64,000 nucleotides of DNA from a virus: positions 96,001 to 160,000 of IMG/VR virus record IMGVR_UViG_3300045988_180880; one strand, 5' to 3'. Shown here in pieces: positions 1-8,948 of this stretch. The notes beneath the pieces were generated by a model that worked only from the letters and a program-made list of their open reading frames with translations, was not told the DNA's origin and did no database searches. How positions within the stretch are numbered: position 1 is the first letter of the stretch; every line of letters starts with the position of its first letter. Position numbers and translations under genes: made by a program.

Positions 1-193
1 CTTTCATTTTATCATAATCCCAGTGTATTCCGAAAGGTTTAGACATCATCATATTACTAATAACTAAATCAGTAAGAGGACAATCTGGTAAATCTTCCGG
101 TTCAAAATCGAAATCATCTTCTTGTTCGTCAAAATTAATATTTCCTTCCTCCCCATCATAGAGAGGAAAGTCATTATCATCTTCTTTTTTCAT
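1..193 (-). CDS. hypothetical acidic protein, 5' part only (gene runs off the window start)
   Basis: ATG at 193..191 on the minus strand opens a stop-free frame to position 1 (MKKEDDNDFPLYDGEEGNINFDEQEDDFDFEPEDLPDCPL...). Truncated, so absent from the ORF track. Confidence 0.5.
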   Translation of the reverse strand, partial: MKKEDDNDFPLYDGEEGNINFDEQEDDFDFEPEDLPDCPLTDLVISNMMMSKPFGIHWDYDKMK

Positions 194-205
194 AATTTTT
201 TTATT

Positions 206-754
206 TTATTTAACCTCATTAATTAGAAAATCAAGCTTTCTCGGCTGCGTATTAAGCATATAATTTATAATATAACTCACTCCAAAACGATCGATCATAT
301 CATCTTTTGTTTTTGATAATATATTTTCTATAAAATCAGGAAAACTTATAGAAATTTTATCGGTTAATTCATAAGCTCCTTGAATTGTTCTATAGTAATA
401 TATCTCAGATTCAGAAGAAATTCCATTAAAGTTGTATAAATCACTTTTTAAAAATTTATTAACAAATTCCACTCCAATTCTTTTATAATTATCTCCATGA
501 GTAATTGTATAAAATAATTTCTCTCTTTTAGCTTCAAACCTATAACCTCTTAGGGAATCTTGAGAATTAATTAATTTTAGAATTTTCTCAAAATTTGGAA
601 GTTTTGAAGTATTTGATCTATATTTTTCTCGATAAAGATATGCTAATCTAGATATATAACCTTGATATCTACCATCTGCTAAAGACATATATAACCATTC
701 GTCACTAAATCCAATTGAAACTGAATGGGTATCACTAATTATTATCTTTGTCAT
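206..754 (-). CDS. hypothetical protein
   Basis: Track ORF 206..790 begins at a TTG. The first ATG (MTKIIISDTH...) is at 754. No recognisable motif. Confidence 0.55.
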   Translation of the reverse strand: MTKIIISDTHSVSIGFSDEWLYMSLADGRYQGYISRLAYLYREKYRSNTSKLPNFEKILKLINSQDSLRGYRFEAKREKLFYTITHGDNYKRIGVEFVNKFLKSDLYNFNGISSESEIYYYRTIQGAYELTDKISISFPDFIENILSKTKDDMIDRFGVSYIINYMLNTQPRKLDFLINEVK

Positions 755-821
755 AAAATAATGAAACCCCACCCTGGAAATGAAAATCAAAACCAGGATG
801 AGGTGTAGTATATTATGTTTA

Positions 822-2441
822 TTAACCTTCTACTTTAGTTTCGGAAATATTATCATCAATGATTGTACAATCAATTAAGAGAATCATTGACGCTGCTGAA
901 ATAGAATTTTCAAGAGCTACTCGAAGAGATTTAGAACTATCTAAGATCCCCTCCTCAAGTAAATTACCATACTTTCGAGTCTTAGCATTATATCCAATTC
1001 CTGGTTTAGATGATTTAACCTTTTCTAGAACTACTTCTCCAGAAACTCCTGAATTGTCTGCAATTGTTTTAAGAATTACTGGAAGACTTGAGAATACAAT
1101 TTCTGCACCCTCTACTTCATCTCCAACTAAAGATTTCCAGAATGTCTTATCTTTCTTCACTTCTAATGATCCTTTGTAATAGATATAACCACTTCCTAAA
1201 GAACATCCTTCAGCAATAGCACTTTTAGATGCTAGAATAGAATCTTCAATAGTTTGTTTAAGGTTCTGTTTTTCAGTTTCAGAAGCTCCTCCAGCTCTCA
1301 CTACTGCAATACCTCCACTAAGATTTGCTACTCGTTTCGCAAATTTAGTTTTATCATAATCTGATATTCCAGGATCTGTAAGTTTGGTGCTAAGAATTTC
1401 TACCCTTTCAGCAATCTCTTTAGAATCACCACCACCTTCATAGATAATACATGAATCTCTAGAAATTACAACTTTCTTAGCTACTCCAAGATCCTCTTTT
1501 GTTGCTTGTGTGACTGATAATCCGTTCTCAGGAGAAATATATTTACCGCCAGTTAAAATTGAAATATCTGCCATAATATTTTTCCTTGAATCTCCGAAAT
1601 CAATACCTTTTACAACACAACATCTAATTGCACCTTGAAGAGTATTCATAACAAGAGTTGTATTTACTACTTCATCAATATCATCTACTATAAATAAGAA
1701 TGGGCGTCCAGTAGGTACAAGCTGTTCCATTAACGGAAGAATTTGCTGTACACTAGATAATCTTTCTCCTACTACAATTACATAAGGATCTTCCATTACA
1801 CAAGTTCCATCAGTAGGATTTGTAACATACTGTGGAGAAGCCCAACCACGATCGAGTTTCATTCCAGTAGTTACATCAATAGTAGTTTCAAGACCACTAG
1901 AAAAATCAGCTGTAATAATACCAAGCATTCCAACTTTCTCCATACATTCAACTACCAGATTTCCAATGGCCGGATCATTATTGGCTGAAATAGTTGCCAC
2001 TTTTCTGATCTTTTCCATATCATCATTTACTGGAATTGAATTATTTTTGATATACTCAGCCATCCATTTTCCGGCCTTAAGCATACCAGATTTCACCTCA
2101 TTTACATTAGCTCCAGTTCGTAATGCTTTTTGTCCTTTTTCACACATTTCTTTGATTAATAGTGAAGTTGAACTTGTACCGTCACCTGCTAATCTTTCTG
2201 TTTGAGCGGCAGCATTTTTTACAAAGATAGCTCCTGTATTCTGAAGTTGATTCTTAAATGAAATCGACTTAGCAACAGTAGCTCCATCTCTTGACACCTC
2301 TGGACCTGTAAATCCTGAAATACATACGGCTTTACCTGACGGGCCGAGTGTTTTCTTAATTGCCTCTACTGATTTTTTTACACCTTCAATAATTTCGGCC
2401 TGAGTTTCAAAGCCGTGATTAATAATTTTTCCTTCTGACAT
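822..2441 (-). CDS. groEL: GroEL-type chaperonin (Cpn60)
   Basis: 539-aa ORF with full-length Cpn60 architecture. It has the ATP-site motif LAGDGTSSTSLL (GDGTTT-type) and VVRAGGASE. No C-terminal GGM tail. Confidence 0.93.
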   Translation of the reverse strand: MSEGKIINHGFETQAEIIEGVKKSVEAIKKTLGPSGKAVCISGFTGPEVSRDGATVAKSISFKNQLQNTGAIFVKNAAAQTERLAGDGTSSTSLLIKEMCEKGQKALRTGANVNEVKSGMLKAGKWMAEYIKNNSIPVNDDMEKIRKVATISANNDPAIGNLVVECMEKVGMLGIITADFSSGLETTIDVTTGMKLDRGWASPQYVTNPTDGTCVMEDPYVIVVGERLSSVQQILPLMEQLVPTGRPFLFIVDDIDEVVNTTLVMNTLQGAIRCCVVKGIDFGDSRKNIMADISILTGGKYISPENGLSVTQATKEDLGVAKKVVISRDSCIIYEGGGDSKEIAERVEILSTKLTDPGISDYDKTKFAKRVANLSGGIAVVRAGGASETEKQNLKQTIEDSILASKSAIAEGCSLGSGYIYYKGSLEVKKDKTFWKSLVGDEVEGAEIVFSSLPVILKTIADNSGVSGEVVLEKVKSSKPGIGYNAKTRKYGNLLEEGILDSSKSLRVALENSISAASMILLIDCTIIDDNISETKVEG

Positions 2442-2453
2442 GTTTCGTTTTAA

Positions 2454-2708
2454 TTAAAGTACTACAATAATTTCATTTAAAGTTATAACACGATATTCTG
2501 TTCCATCTTGAGTAAATGATTTTCCTGTGTTTGGATAAATCAAGATAGTATCACCAGGTTTTAATACTCCCTCGCTAACTTCTTCACCTACTCCAATAAC
2601 CTCAGCTTTTTCACATTCACTCGCAGGAACAACAAAATTTCCTATCTTTTGAGTCATAGTATCTTTTTTATCTACTATGACTAATACTTTAGATTGAATT
2701 ACTTTCAT
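2454..2708 (-). CDS. groES: GroES-like co-chaperonin (Cpn10)
   Basis: 84 aa, immediately upstream of groEL. Cpn10-like pattern: VLVIVDKK..IGNFVVP...AEVIGVGEE...LKPGDTILI...DGTEYRVI..NEIIVVL. Confidence 0.8.
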   Translation of the reverse strand: MKVIQSKVLVIVDKKDTMTQKIGNFVVPASECEKAEVIGVGEEVSEGVLKPGDTILIYPNTGKSFTQDGTEYRVITLNEIIVVL

Positions 2709-2737
2709 TTTTATTAATTTTATTTTAAATTTTTACT

Positions 2738-2753
2738 CATATATAAGAAAATC
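2738..2753 (-). promoter_or_regulatory. promoter-like motif (gattttCTTATATATG class) upstream of groES
   Basis: The reverse complement reads gattttcttatatatg about 30 nt upstream of the groES ATG. The same motif recurs upstream of many genes in this window. Confidence 0.5.
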
Positions 2754-2902
2754 ACCCTTAGAAATCACCCTTTTTATTGATTTGGAGAAGAAAAAAGAGC
2801 CCAACCCACTATAATCACTACAGGAGGTTGGGATTAATTTTATTATGAATTTATTAAATTTATTGCCTATTAACCAATTGGAGTTAATAGAAGAAATGAA
2901 AT

Positions 2903-4384
2903 TTATTTTTGCTCTTGTTGTTTGTAATATTCTTCAAGTTTATCAGGATATTTTTCTTTAAAGTCTGAAAATTTAAACCAATATGAATTATTATATAAGG
3001 ATTCAGTATTTAATTTTTTATCTTTATTTAAGATTCTCCATACATTCTGGTGAAATAACCCATCTTCTCTAACATTTCCAATACTTTTATATATTTTTAT
3101 AATCTCATGATTCCGATTAGTTCTTATTATTTCATTTCTAAATAACTTAACAACTAACTTTGGTAAATTATTTGTTTCTTTATTAAGATAGTATTCATCT
3201 AATTTATCTGGATATTCCCATTCATCTAGGCTAGTCCAATAATAATCAAAGTATTTACCTATAGCAGAATAAGATGTCCTTGTTTTATTACGATTTACTG
3301 CAGCAGATACTGAAGATTCAGAAAATCCATCTTTTATAACATCTTTTACTGAATCATAGATTTTATATATTAAATAGTCTTTATCATGACAAATAATCTT
3401 TTTACTTCTCTTAGTTTCTCTAGGAATATATTTTATTATATTAGAAATTGCTCCTTTTTCATAAAATTTTTGAATACTATTCGAATATAAATTAATAGCA
3501 TCGTTGTAATACATCCAGTAATATTCTCCATATAATGTTTTATTCTCTATACTCCTTCTAAGATACTCTGGATTAAATCCATCTATTTTAATAGAGGATA
3601 TTGTATTATATATTTTACAAACATTGAAGTTTTTATCAAAACATACTATCTTTGTTCCGGAATCATTATATTCTAATACAGTATTTCTTTCTAAAGGTGT
3701 TAAATTTAATTTTGGTAGATCTTTTAATGAATAAAATTCATTTAATTTTTCTGGATAATTAATTTTAAAATCTTCTAATAAAGAAAATTTATATCCTCTA
3801 GAAGTATTGTAATCTCCTTTTACAGTACTACTAACAGAAGTGTGATTAAAACCATCCATTTCAGTTTCTGAAATACTACTATATACTCTATAAACTTTAT
3901 TATTTAAATCATGACAAACAACAGGATATGAGATAGAACGTATATATTTTTCTCTTAACTCAGCAGAAAGGGTAATATTATATTTCTCTATTACTAATTT
4001 TCGCTCGGATGTATATACTGAATTTACATTAATCATACAAAATAGAGCAGATAATATTTTATTATTATCTGATTGAATTCTATATAATAAAACGTGTGCT
4101 ATTATATGTTCTAAAGCAGAAAGAAGTACGTAATTATAGTTCTCATCTTCACCTGACATACACCTAGGTAAAATATGATGTTTCTCTGTATAAAATTCGA
4201 TTTTTCCTCGTTTTAATCCTCTCTGAAGGGCTTGATCTATTAATTTACAGTAATCTTCTAGATATTCCTCTTCAGTTCTCCCATCTAGAATCATCTCATT
4301 AAAATCTTTTTCATCTAGGTAACTACTATACTTCATCCCTGGATTTTCGATAGATTTTATACCTTCTATTGGTTTAGATTTCAT
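2903..4384 (-). CDS. free-standing HNH homing endonuclease with four C-terminal DNA-binding repeats
   Basis: HNH core is EKHHILPRCMSGEDENYNYVLLSALEHIIAH. It is followed by four copies of a roughly 35-aa module (V/I-CHD..N..-YRVY.S..E...DGF....VS..V), like the NUMOD-type modules of phage HEGs. The gene has its own promoter and a long leader. Confidence 0.8.
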   Translation of the reverse strand: MKSKPIEGIKSIENPGMKYSSYLDEKDFNEMILDGRTEEEYLEDYCKLIDQALQRGLKRGKIEFYTEKHHILPRCMSGEDENYNYVLLSALEHIIAHVLLYRIQSDNNKILSALFCMINVNSVYTSERKLVIEKYNITLSAELREKYIRSISYPVVCHDLNNKVYRVYSSISETEMDGFNHTSVSSTVKGDYNTSRGYKFSLLEDFKINYPEKLNEFYSLKDLPKLNLTPLERNTVLEYNDSGTKIVCFDKNFNVCKIYNTISSIKIDGFNPEYLRRSIENKTLYGEYYWMYYNDAINLYSNSIQKFYEKGAISNIIKYIPRETKRSKKIICHDKDYLIYKIYDSVKDVIKDGFSESSVSAAVNRNKTRTSYSAIGKYFDYYWTSLDEWEYPDKLDEYYLNKETNNLPKLVVKLFRNEIIRTNRNHEIIKIYKSIGNVREDGLFHQNVWRILNKDKKLNTESLYNNSYWFKFSDFKEKYPDKLEEYYKQQEQK

Positions 4385-4562
4385 AATTAAAAAATATTTA
4401 AAATAATTATAAACCTCATAAGAATTTTACTAAAGGGAAATTTCAGGTCAATAAAGTTTGCAACCTTTACTAATCTTACTTTTTCCCTATTCTTATGAAA
4501 TCTAAATAAAAAGAACACTAGATTAATTTATAATTTTATTTATAAATTTTTCTAATGTTCTT

Positions 4563-4600
4563 CATATATTAGGTTTTAATCTTCCTTAAAACGCAAAAAT
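4563..4600 (-). promoter_or_regulatory. promoter (TTTTTGCG ... AAACCTAATATATG class) for the HNH gene
   Basis: The reverse complement reads tttttgcgttttaaggaagattaaaacctaatatatg. It is nearly identical to the element at 51723..51759 and related to those at 31174..31211, 21093..21132 and 50058..50095. Confidence 0.55.
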
Positions 4601-4605
4601 TCACT

Positions 4606-5160
4606 TTAAGGTCTATTAAATGGAGTTGGTCCAGAAACAGTCTGTCGTATATTAATATTGTTTCCTTGTTGTAGCCCACTTCCATGTTTGTATATACTCT
4701 GTTGAGCTTGATTATATTGAATATTATAGTTATTAATCATTAAATCTATATCTGCCTCAGAAAAACATCTTTTCTCTTGAATCATTCTTATATCGTCATA
4801 TACTTTCTTTGGTAAACTTCTAAATCTACCATTCTGAAGTCTTATATTATAATCAATTATATTTGTTTCTCCACGTCGATTTTTCGTAATTGTTGATATT
4901 CCTAGGTTGTTAGGGTTGGGTTTCTCACCACCCTTAGAGCGTGTTATAATAAAATCTACCACATCAACCTTATGGCTAGACCCAGCTATATAAGACATAT
5001 CTAATACTTCTTGACTATATGCTCCAATTTTTAACTGAGACAATATAAATACTAACTTTCCCATTGCAGTTAACTCTGTAAGCTTATCATAAATATCTCC
5101 GAAAGATTTATACATAGATCCATCCTCTCCACCGTGAGCGTTTTTAAATCCCGCATCATA
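4606..5160 (-). CDS. DnaB/gp41-like replicative helicase, exon 3
   Basis: Begins YDAGFKNAHGG... Joined to exon 2 it restores a Walker-B-like segment, YKILFID|YDAGF. The ATG of track ORF 4606..5163 is the last 3 nt of the intron. Confidence 0.8.
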   Translation of the reverse strand, partial: YDAGFKNAHGGEDGSMYKSFGDIYDKLTELTAMGKLVFILSQLKIGAYSQEVLDMSYIAGSSHKVDVVDFIITRSKGGEKPNPNNLGISTITKNRRGETNIIDYNIRLQNGRFRSLPKKVYDDIRMIQEKRCFSEADIDLMINNYNIQYNQAQQSIYKHGSGLQQGNNINIRQTVSGPTPFNRP

Positions 5161-5336
5161 CATTACTAAATTTAATATGGTATTAAATTATTAGACTATA
5201 TCATCTATTTTTCATAGTTATACATTTAGTCGTTGAACAAGTAACTAATATTCCTTGATGCTGATTTATGTCTTACATTTTCCAGCATTTTAGTATAATT
5301 TTCTTAAATTTTATTATTTAAGCGACTAAGCAATTA
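5161..5336 (-). ncRNA. ORF-less group I intron (176 nt), DnaB-like helicase intron 2
   Basis: RNA sense: 5' exon ...CGAU pairs with GUCG (U.G at the splice site). P2 is CUUAAAU/AUUUAAG. P is AAAAUGCUGGAAAAU and Q is AAAUCAGCAUC. R is GUUCAACGACUAAAU and S is AGAUGAUAUAGUC. The intron ends ...UAAUG (omega-G). Confidence 0.8.
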
Positions 5337-5549
5337 ATCGATAAACAGGATTTTATAATCTTTGGTTTTCATGAATTCTATATATTTATCTACTGAAATT
5401 TTTCCAGCTGGTAGTATAGTTATACTAAGATTATCTCCAATCATTTGACACATACTATTGTATATAGGTCCTATGTTTTGAGATACTTCATTAAATGACA
5501 ATCCTGTAAATTGAGCTCCTAATCTGATAATCATTATAAATTTAATTTT
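5337..5549 (-). CDS. DnaB/gp41-like replicative helicase, exon 2
   Basis: 71 codons (KIKFIMIIRLGAQ...KDYKILFID) lying between the two introns. In frame with exons 1 and 3 only after splicing. Confidence 0.75.
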
Positions 5550-5714
5550 CATTAAACTATTAGACTATATCATCTATATTTTTATAGTTCTATATTTAGT
5601 CGTTGAACTCTATCTCTTAGATAAAAGATAGAGATGCTAATTCTATTTTATTCTAATAGTTCTAGCATTTTAATAGAATTTTCATAGATTCTTATATCTA
5701 TGCTTCATTCGTTT
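5550..5714 (-). ncRNA. ORF-less group I intron (about 165 nt), DnaB-like helicase intron 1
   Basis: Same family. P1 is CUUU/GAAG, P2 is CAUAGAU/AUCUAUG. P is AAAAUGCUAGAAC, R is GUUCAACGACUAAAU, S is AGAUGAUAUAGUC, and it ends UUUAAUG. The 5' splice site could alternatively lie 15 nt upstream (after 5730), but P1 pairing favours 5715/5714. Confidence 0.7.
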
Positions 5715-6404
5715 AAAGTCTTTCATTTTAAGATCTCCAAGAGCTAAATAATGTACTTTATAACCTTGTAAACTCATGTTCAATGCCTCCTGCATGGATA
5801 AAAGAGACTTTCCAACTCCTGGAGGCATTGCGATAAGTCCGAGTTGTCCAAATTCATAAGCTCCGCATGAAAAGCAATTATTTATCCATTCAAATTTACT
5901 AGGTACACCACCTTCTGCCTGTTCAGCGATGATTGAATTAATATCTATTTGTGTAAATCCAATCTCACTAAAATTATCTAGATCAGCAGTAGTTTTAACA
6001 TTTATATTTTTCACAAACTTAACATATTCTTCTGGATTTTGAGAATAGAGTCTGTTTGCTTTTTGAAGATTAACTGAATATATTACATCAGTTAAAATCT
6101 TTCTGGCTGGTTCAATTTGACTTTTTGTATATTTTTTCCATTTTATAATTTCATTCATCACCTCTTGAGTCTCTTGTGGAGTTTTCTGAGATCTAAATAA
6201 GATACTCCTAAATAAAGGCTCATCTATATTTTCTAGAGGATAAGTCTTTATAGCATCCACGAGTTGAGAGACCATACCATTTCCGGCTGTTTGTGGATTA
6301 GTCTGAAAATAATATTGAAGATCTAATATATTATTTTTAGCATCCTGAAATAAATATTGATTAAAACAGCTAAAAATCAAATCAAATACACTACCATTAT
6401 CCAT
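5715..6404 (-). CDS. DnaB/gp41-like replicative helicase, exon 1
   Basis: N-terminal domain plus Walker A (IAMPPGVGKSLL) and a ...VHYLALGDL segment of SLEM type. The track ORF runs into the intron and stops there. Confidence 0.8.
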
Positions 6405-6413
6405 ACTATATTT

Positions 6414-7511
6414 TTAAAGATTTTCTTCATTAATAACTATATCTTGAATATCACAATACTTATAGTAGTTATGTAATAGTTCATCTCTTTGTTCGAATCC
6501 TTTTGTATATACCGGGATTCTTTTCGGTATTTTAGGTTTTAGTGCAAGAACGTTCATATTAGTTCCTCTTGCTGTTCGTCCTAGTTGTTGAAGAACCGAT
6601 CCAGCGTTGATATTAGAAACTAGTAATATATTTTCTAATCCAGGAAGGTCTAGTGCTCTAAATCCTGCGGCGGTACTAGGAATTATATCTACCATTCCAT
6701 TTTTAATATATTCGCATGATTGTTGAAGATCTAGGTTTGTTTTATTTCCAGACAAGTCATAATAAATATATCCTTCGCCGCAAATTAAGAGCACTCTAAA
6801 TACTCCAATAAAAAAGTTATCTATCCAAGTTGAAATAATATTATTTAAATTATTTATTGGGATATATAATTTAGGATATTTTTTTGCTATCTTTACAATC
6901 AATTCACATACTCCAGGATCAACCCAAATTTTTGACATTATTGTATTATAGACATTATTATCCTCATTAAAATCCTCTTCTGTAAATTTAATATTATTTA
7001 AAGCGATAGTATTTATGTGGATACTATTTATTTTCAGACTAGTAGGCATTCTATAAACTAATGCTGGTCCGAAATATTTAATTAAGTCCTTGTTTCTTAC
7101 TACTGTTTCCGTAATTCCCTGTGCAAATGTGATCATAACTCCTGAATCTCGATCTGCAGTTCCAGAAAATCCGTACATAACTTCAGCATTCACTAGTCTA
7201 TCATATATCCATTCACCAGAAGGATTAATAGTATATTCTACTTCATCTACTAGAACCCAATCGAATTTCTTAAGTTTCTCTTCCTCTAAAATACATAGGT
7301 CTGGATCTTTTATTTTCTTTTGATTTAGAAATCCTGAAGTAATTATACATCCAAGATCTCCATCTATTGATGTAGGTAATTTACCACCAAATCTAGACTC
7401 GTATCTTTTTACAATTTCATCTTTCGCTTTTTTTCCTGGAGTTATAACTAATACTTTTTTTCCAAGTTCATTATGTGCATAGTTTATAAGAGTTGCTATA
7501 GTTTCAGTTTT
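6414..7511 (-). CDS. SF2 (DEAD/DExH-like) DNA helicase, exon 2
   Basis: Begins K-TETIATL..., completing Walker A. Other motifs: VLVITPGKK, LVDEVEY (motif II), FSGTADR (III), QQLGRTARG (VI). Confidence 0.8.
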   Translation of the reverse strand, partial: KTETIATLINYAHNELGKKVLVITPGKKAKDEIVKRYESRFGGKLPTSIDGDLGCIITSGFLNQKKIKDPDLCILEEEKLKKFDWVLVDEVEYTINPSGEWIYDRLVNAEVMYGFSGTADRDSGVMITFAQGITETVVRNKDLIKYFGPALVYRMPTSLKINSIHINTIALNNIKFTEEDFNEDNNVYNTIMSKIWVDPGVCELIVKIAKKYPKLYIPINNLNNIISTWIDNFFIGVFRVLLICGEGYIYYDLSGNKTNLDLQQSCEYIKNGMVDIIPSTAAGFRALDLPGLENILLVSNINAGSVLQQLGRTARGTNMNVLALKPKIPKRIPVYTKGFEQRDELLHNYYKYCDIQDIVINEENL

Positions 7512-8539
7512 CATTTTGTTATCTCATAAGTTTTTTATCTTATAATTCTTATTTTATTTAAATAAGATCGGCATATATATTCTTCTAATTAATAGAAGTA
7601 GGACACTCATGGGAAGATTATCTCACCTCCTATGCTCTACACTACAAAATTTATATTTGTAGATCGGTATTAGATTTAACCCATCCTTCACCGAATTTGT
7701 CCTATAATAAAATTAAGTATTTTTACTTAACTCGGCAAATTTTTTATATTTTCTCTCTAAATAAACAGTTGCATTTTTATATAATAAATTTCCTACACCA
7801 ACGGCTTTACTACATTCACTAACTATTTGATAATTATTAATTCCTTTCTTAGATGATCTCGTTGATAATAATTTTCCAAACTTATTTTTAAAAATATCCT
7901 GAATTTTAGATAGAAATTCTTTTGTTCCTAAAATATCTATCCTTAATTTATTTCTACTAGTATTCGTAATACTTCCGTCTCCATCTATATATCCCCTAAT
8001 AAATGAATATACTAAATCATTATTAGAAAATATTTTTAATGATGGGAATACTAATATTAACGACTTATTAGGTACACAACCTAATTCAATTAATCTATCG
8101 TGAAAATGTTTGTCGGTTATTATACATCTACATCTAAAATACTCTTTATTATTTATAGAAGCCGCTTTACTTACCGTTATAGATCTTTTATTTTTAAGGA
8201 ATTTATTAAATTTCTCTAAATGTTCTTTATCACTAGCTTTTAATGATAACTCTACTGAATTATTATATTTACTATTAACAAATCCATCTGCATATAAAAA
8301 TCCTAACCAATAGGCTTTTTCATCAGAATCTATATTATCAAATACTGTATTATCAAAATATAATTCTTCTTTTGGAATTGTTAATTTATATTTTTTTAAA
8401 TAATTATATAAAGTACTTTTAGAAACATTTAATTCTTTAAGAAGATCTTTACATCTATAACCTTTTTCAATCAAAGAAGTAAGATCTTCTATTTTTAACT
8501 GTTTTGATTTTGTCATGTTATTTAGATTTAAAATTATTT
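7512..8539 (-). mobile_element. intron (probable group I, 1028 nt) carrying a LAGLIDADG homing endonuclease gene, inserted in the Walker A codons of the SF2 helicase
   Basis: Exon 1 ends ...TNTGYG(GGU) and exon 2 starts AAA ACU (KT), restoring GYGKT. A stop follows 2 codons into the intron. The 3' 200 nt contain many stable hairpins (for example CUACAAA/UUUGUAG, CUUCUA/UAGAAG, UAGGACA/UGUCCUA). The core differs from the mini-intron family. Confidence 0.65.
7713..8516 (-). CDS. LAGLIDADG homing endonuclease (double-motif) with N-terminal HTH
   Basis: Two LAGLIDADG motifs: AYWLGFLYADGFV and SFIRGYIDGDGSI. N-terminal HTH: LKELNVSKSTLYNYLKKY. Confidence 0.9.
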   Translation of the reverse strand: MTKSKQLKIEDLTSLIEKGYRCKDLLKELNVSKSTLYNYLKKYKLTIPKEELYFDNTVFDNIDSDEKAYWLGFLYADGFVNSKYNNSVELSLKASDKEHLEKFNKFLKNKRSITVSKAASINNKEYFRCRCIITDKHFHDRLIELGCVPNKSLILVFPSLKIFSNNDLVYSFIRGYIDGDGSITNTSRNKLRIDILGTKEFLSKIQDIFKNKFGKLLSTRSSKKGINNYQIVSECSKAVGVGNLLYKNATVYLERKYKKFAELSKNT

Positions 8540-8947
8540 ACCATATCCTGTATTAGTTTGAATAATCGCTCTCTTATATTTTAACACATGCAACATATCT
8601 TCATTTTGATAATCTCTGAGATTTGGAAATGGATAGGTTCGATAATAATCTGCAAATATTGTTCTAAGAATTGTATTATAATCTGTATCACTTAAGATAG
8701 GTTTAAATACATTAGCAATATAAGCTGCCCATCCCATTCCTAAGATAAAAGTATATATTCCTTTCTTAGGTCCGCATGATCTAGGGTTATCATAAAGTTT
8801 TGCTATTTCTTCAGTTGTATTCCAAGATTTCAACCAAGGGGAATACTTAGTTACTTTTCTTTTAAATTCTAAAAGACATTTTACACTAGGGTCATCAGTT
8901 TTTATTACTATTTTATTTATAGTATTATCTATCGATGCTGTTATCAT
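8540..8947 (-). CDS. SF2 DNA helicase, exon 1
   Basis: 136 codons ending ...IIQTNTGYG. The Walker A lysine-threonine is supplied by exon 2. Confidence 0.75.
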
Positions 8948-8948
8948 T

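Noticed and set aside
859-2205. Plus-strand ORFs 859..1179 and 1966..2205, antisense to groEL.
   Set aside because: They lie entirely inside the well-supported minus-strand chaperonin gene. The translations are low-complexity (S/L/I/F-rich) with no motif. The same reasoning rejects 7090..7323, 8110..8313, 10440..10655, 12039..12329, 14318..14518, 14709..14891, 15025..15219, 18590..19102, 19585..19821, 22655..22840, 25476..25706, 25902..26369, 27662..27868, 28884..29124, 30128..30406, 31851..32195, 39994..40209, 42438..42662, 43006..43194, 43581..43787, 46711..46911, 47363..47674, 52955..53383, 56179..56379 and 61960..62250.
5715-5730. Alternative 5' splice site for helicase intron 1 after 5730 (...LALGDL|KIKF...), which gives spacing closer to other DnaB proteins.
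   Set aside because: No P1 helix with a U.G wobble can be formed there. The site after 5715 (CUUU/GAAG followed directly by P2) matches the architecture of the other three family members. The ambiguity is kept as a note rather than a separate call.
7512-8539. Intein interpretation of the LAGLIDADG insertion in the helicase P-loop.
   Set aside because: The endonuclease ORF is not in frame with the host gene. A stop codon follows two codons after the junction, and the ORF has its own ATG. These features fit an intron, not an intein.
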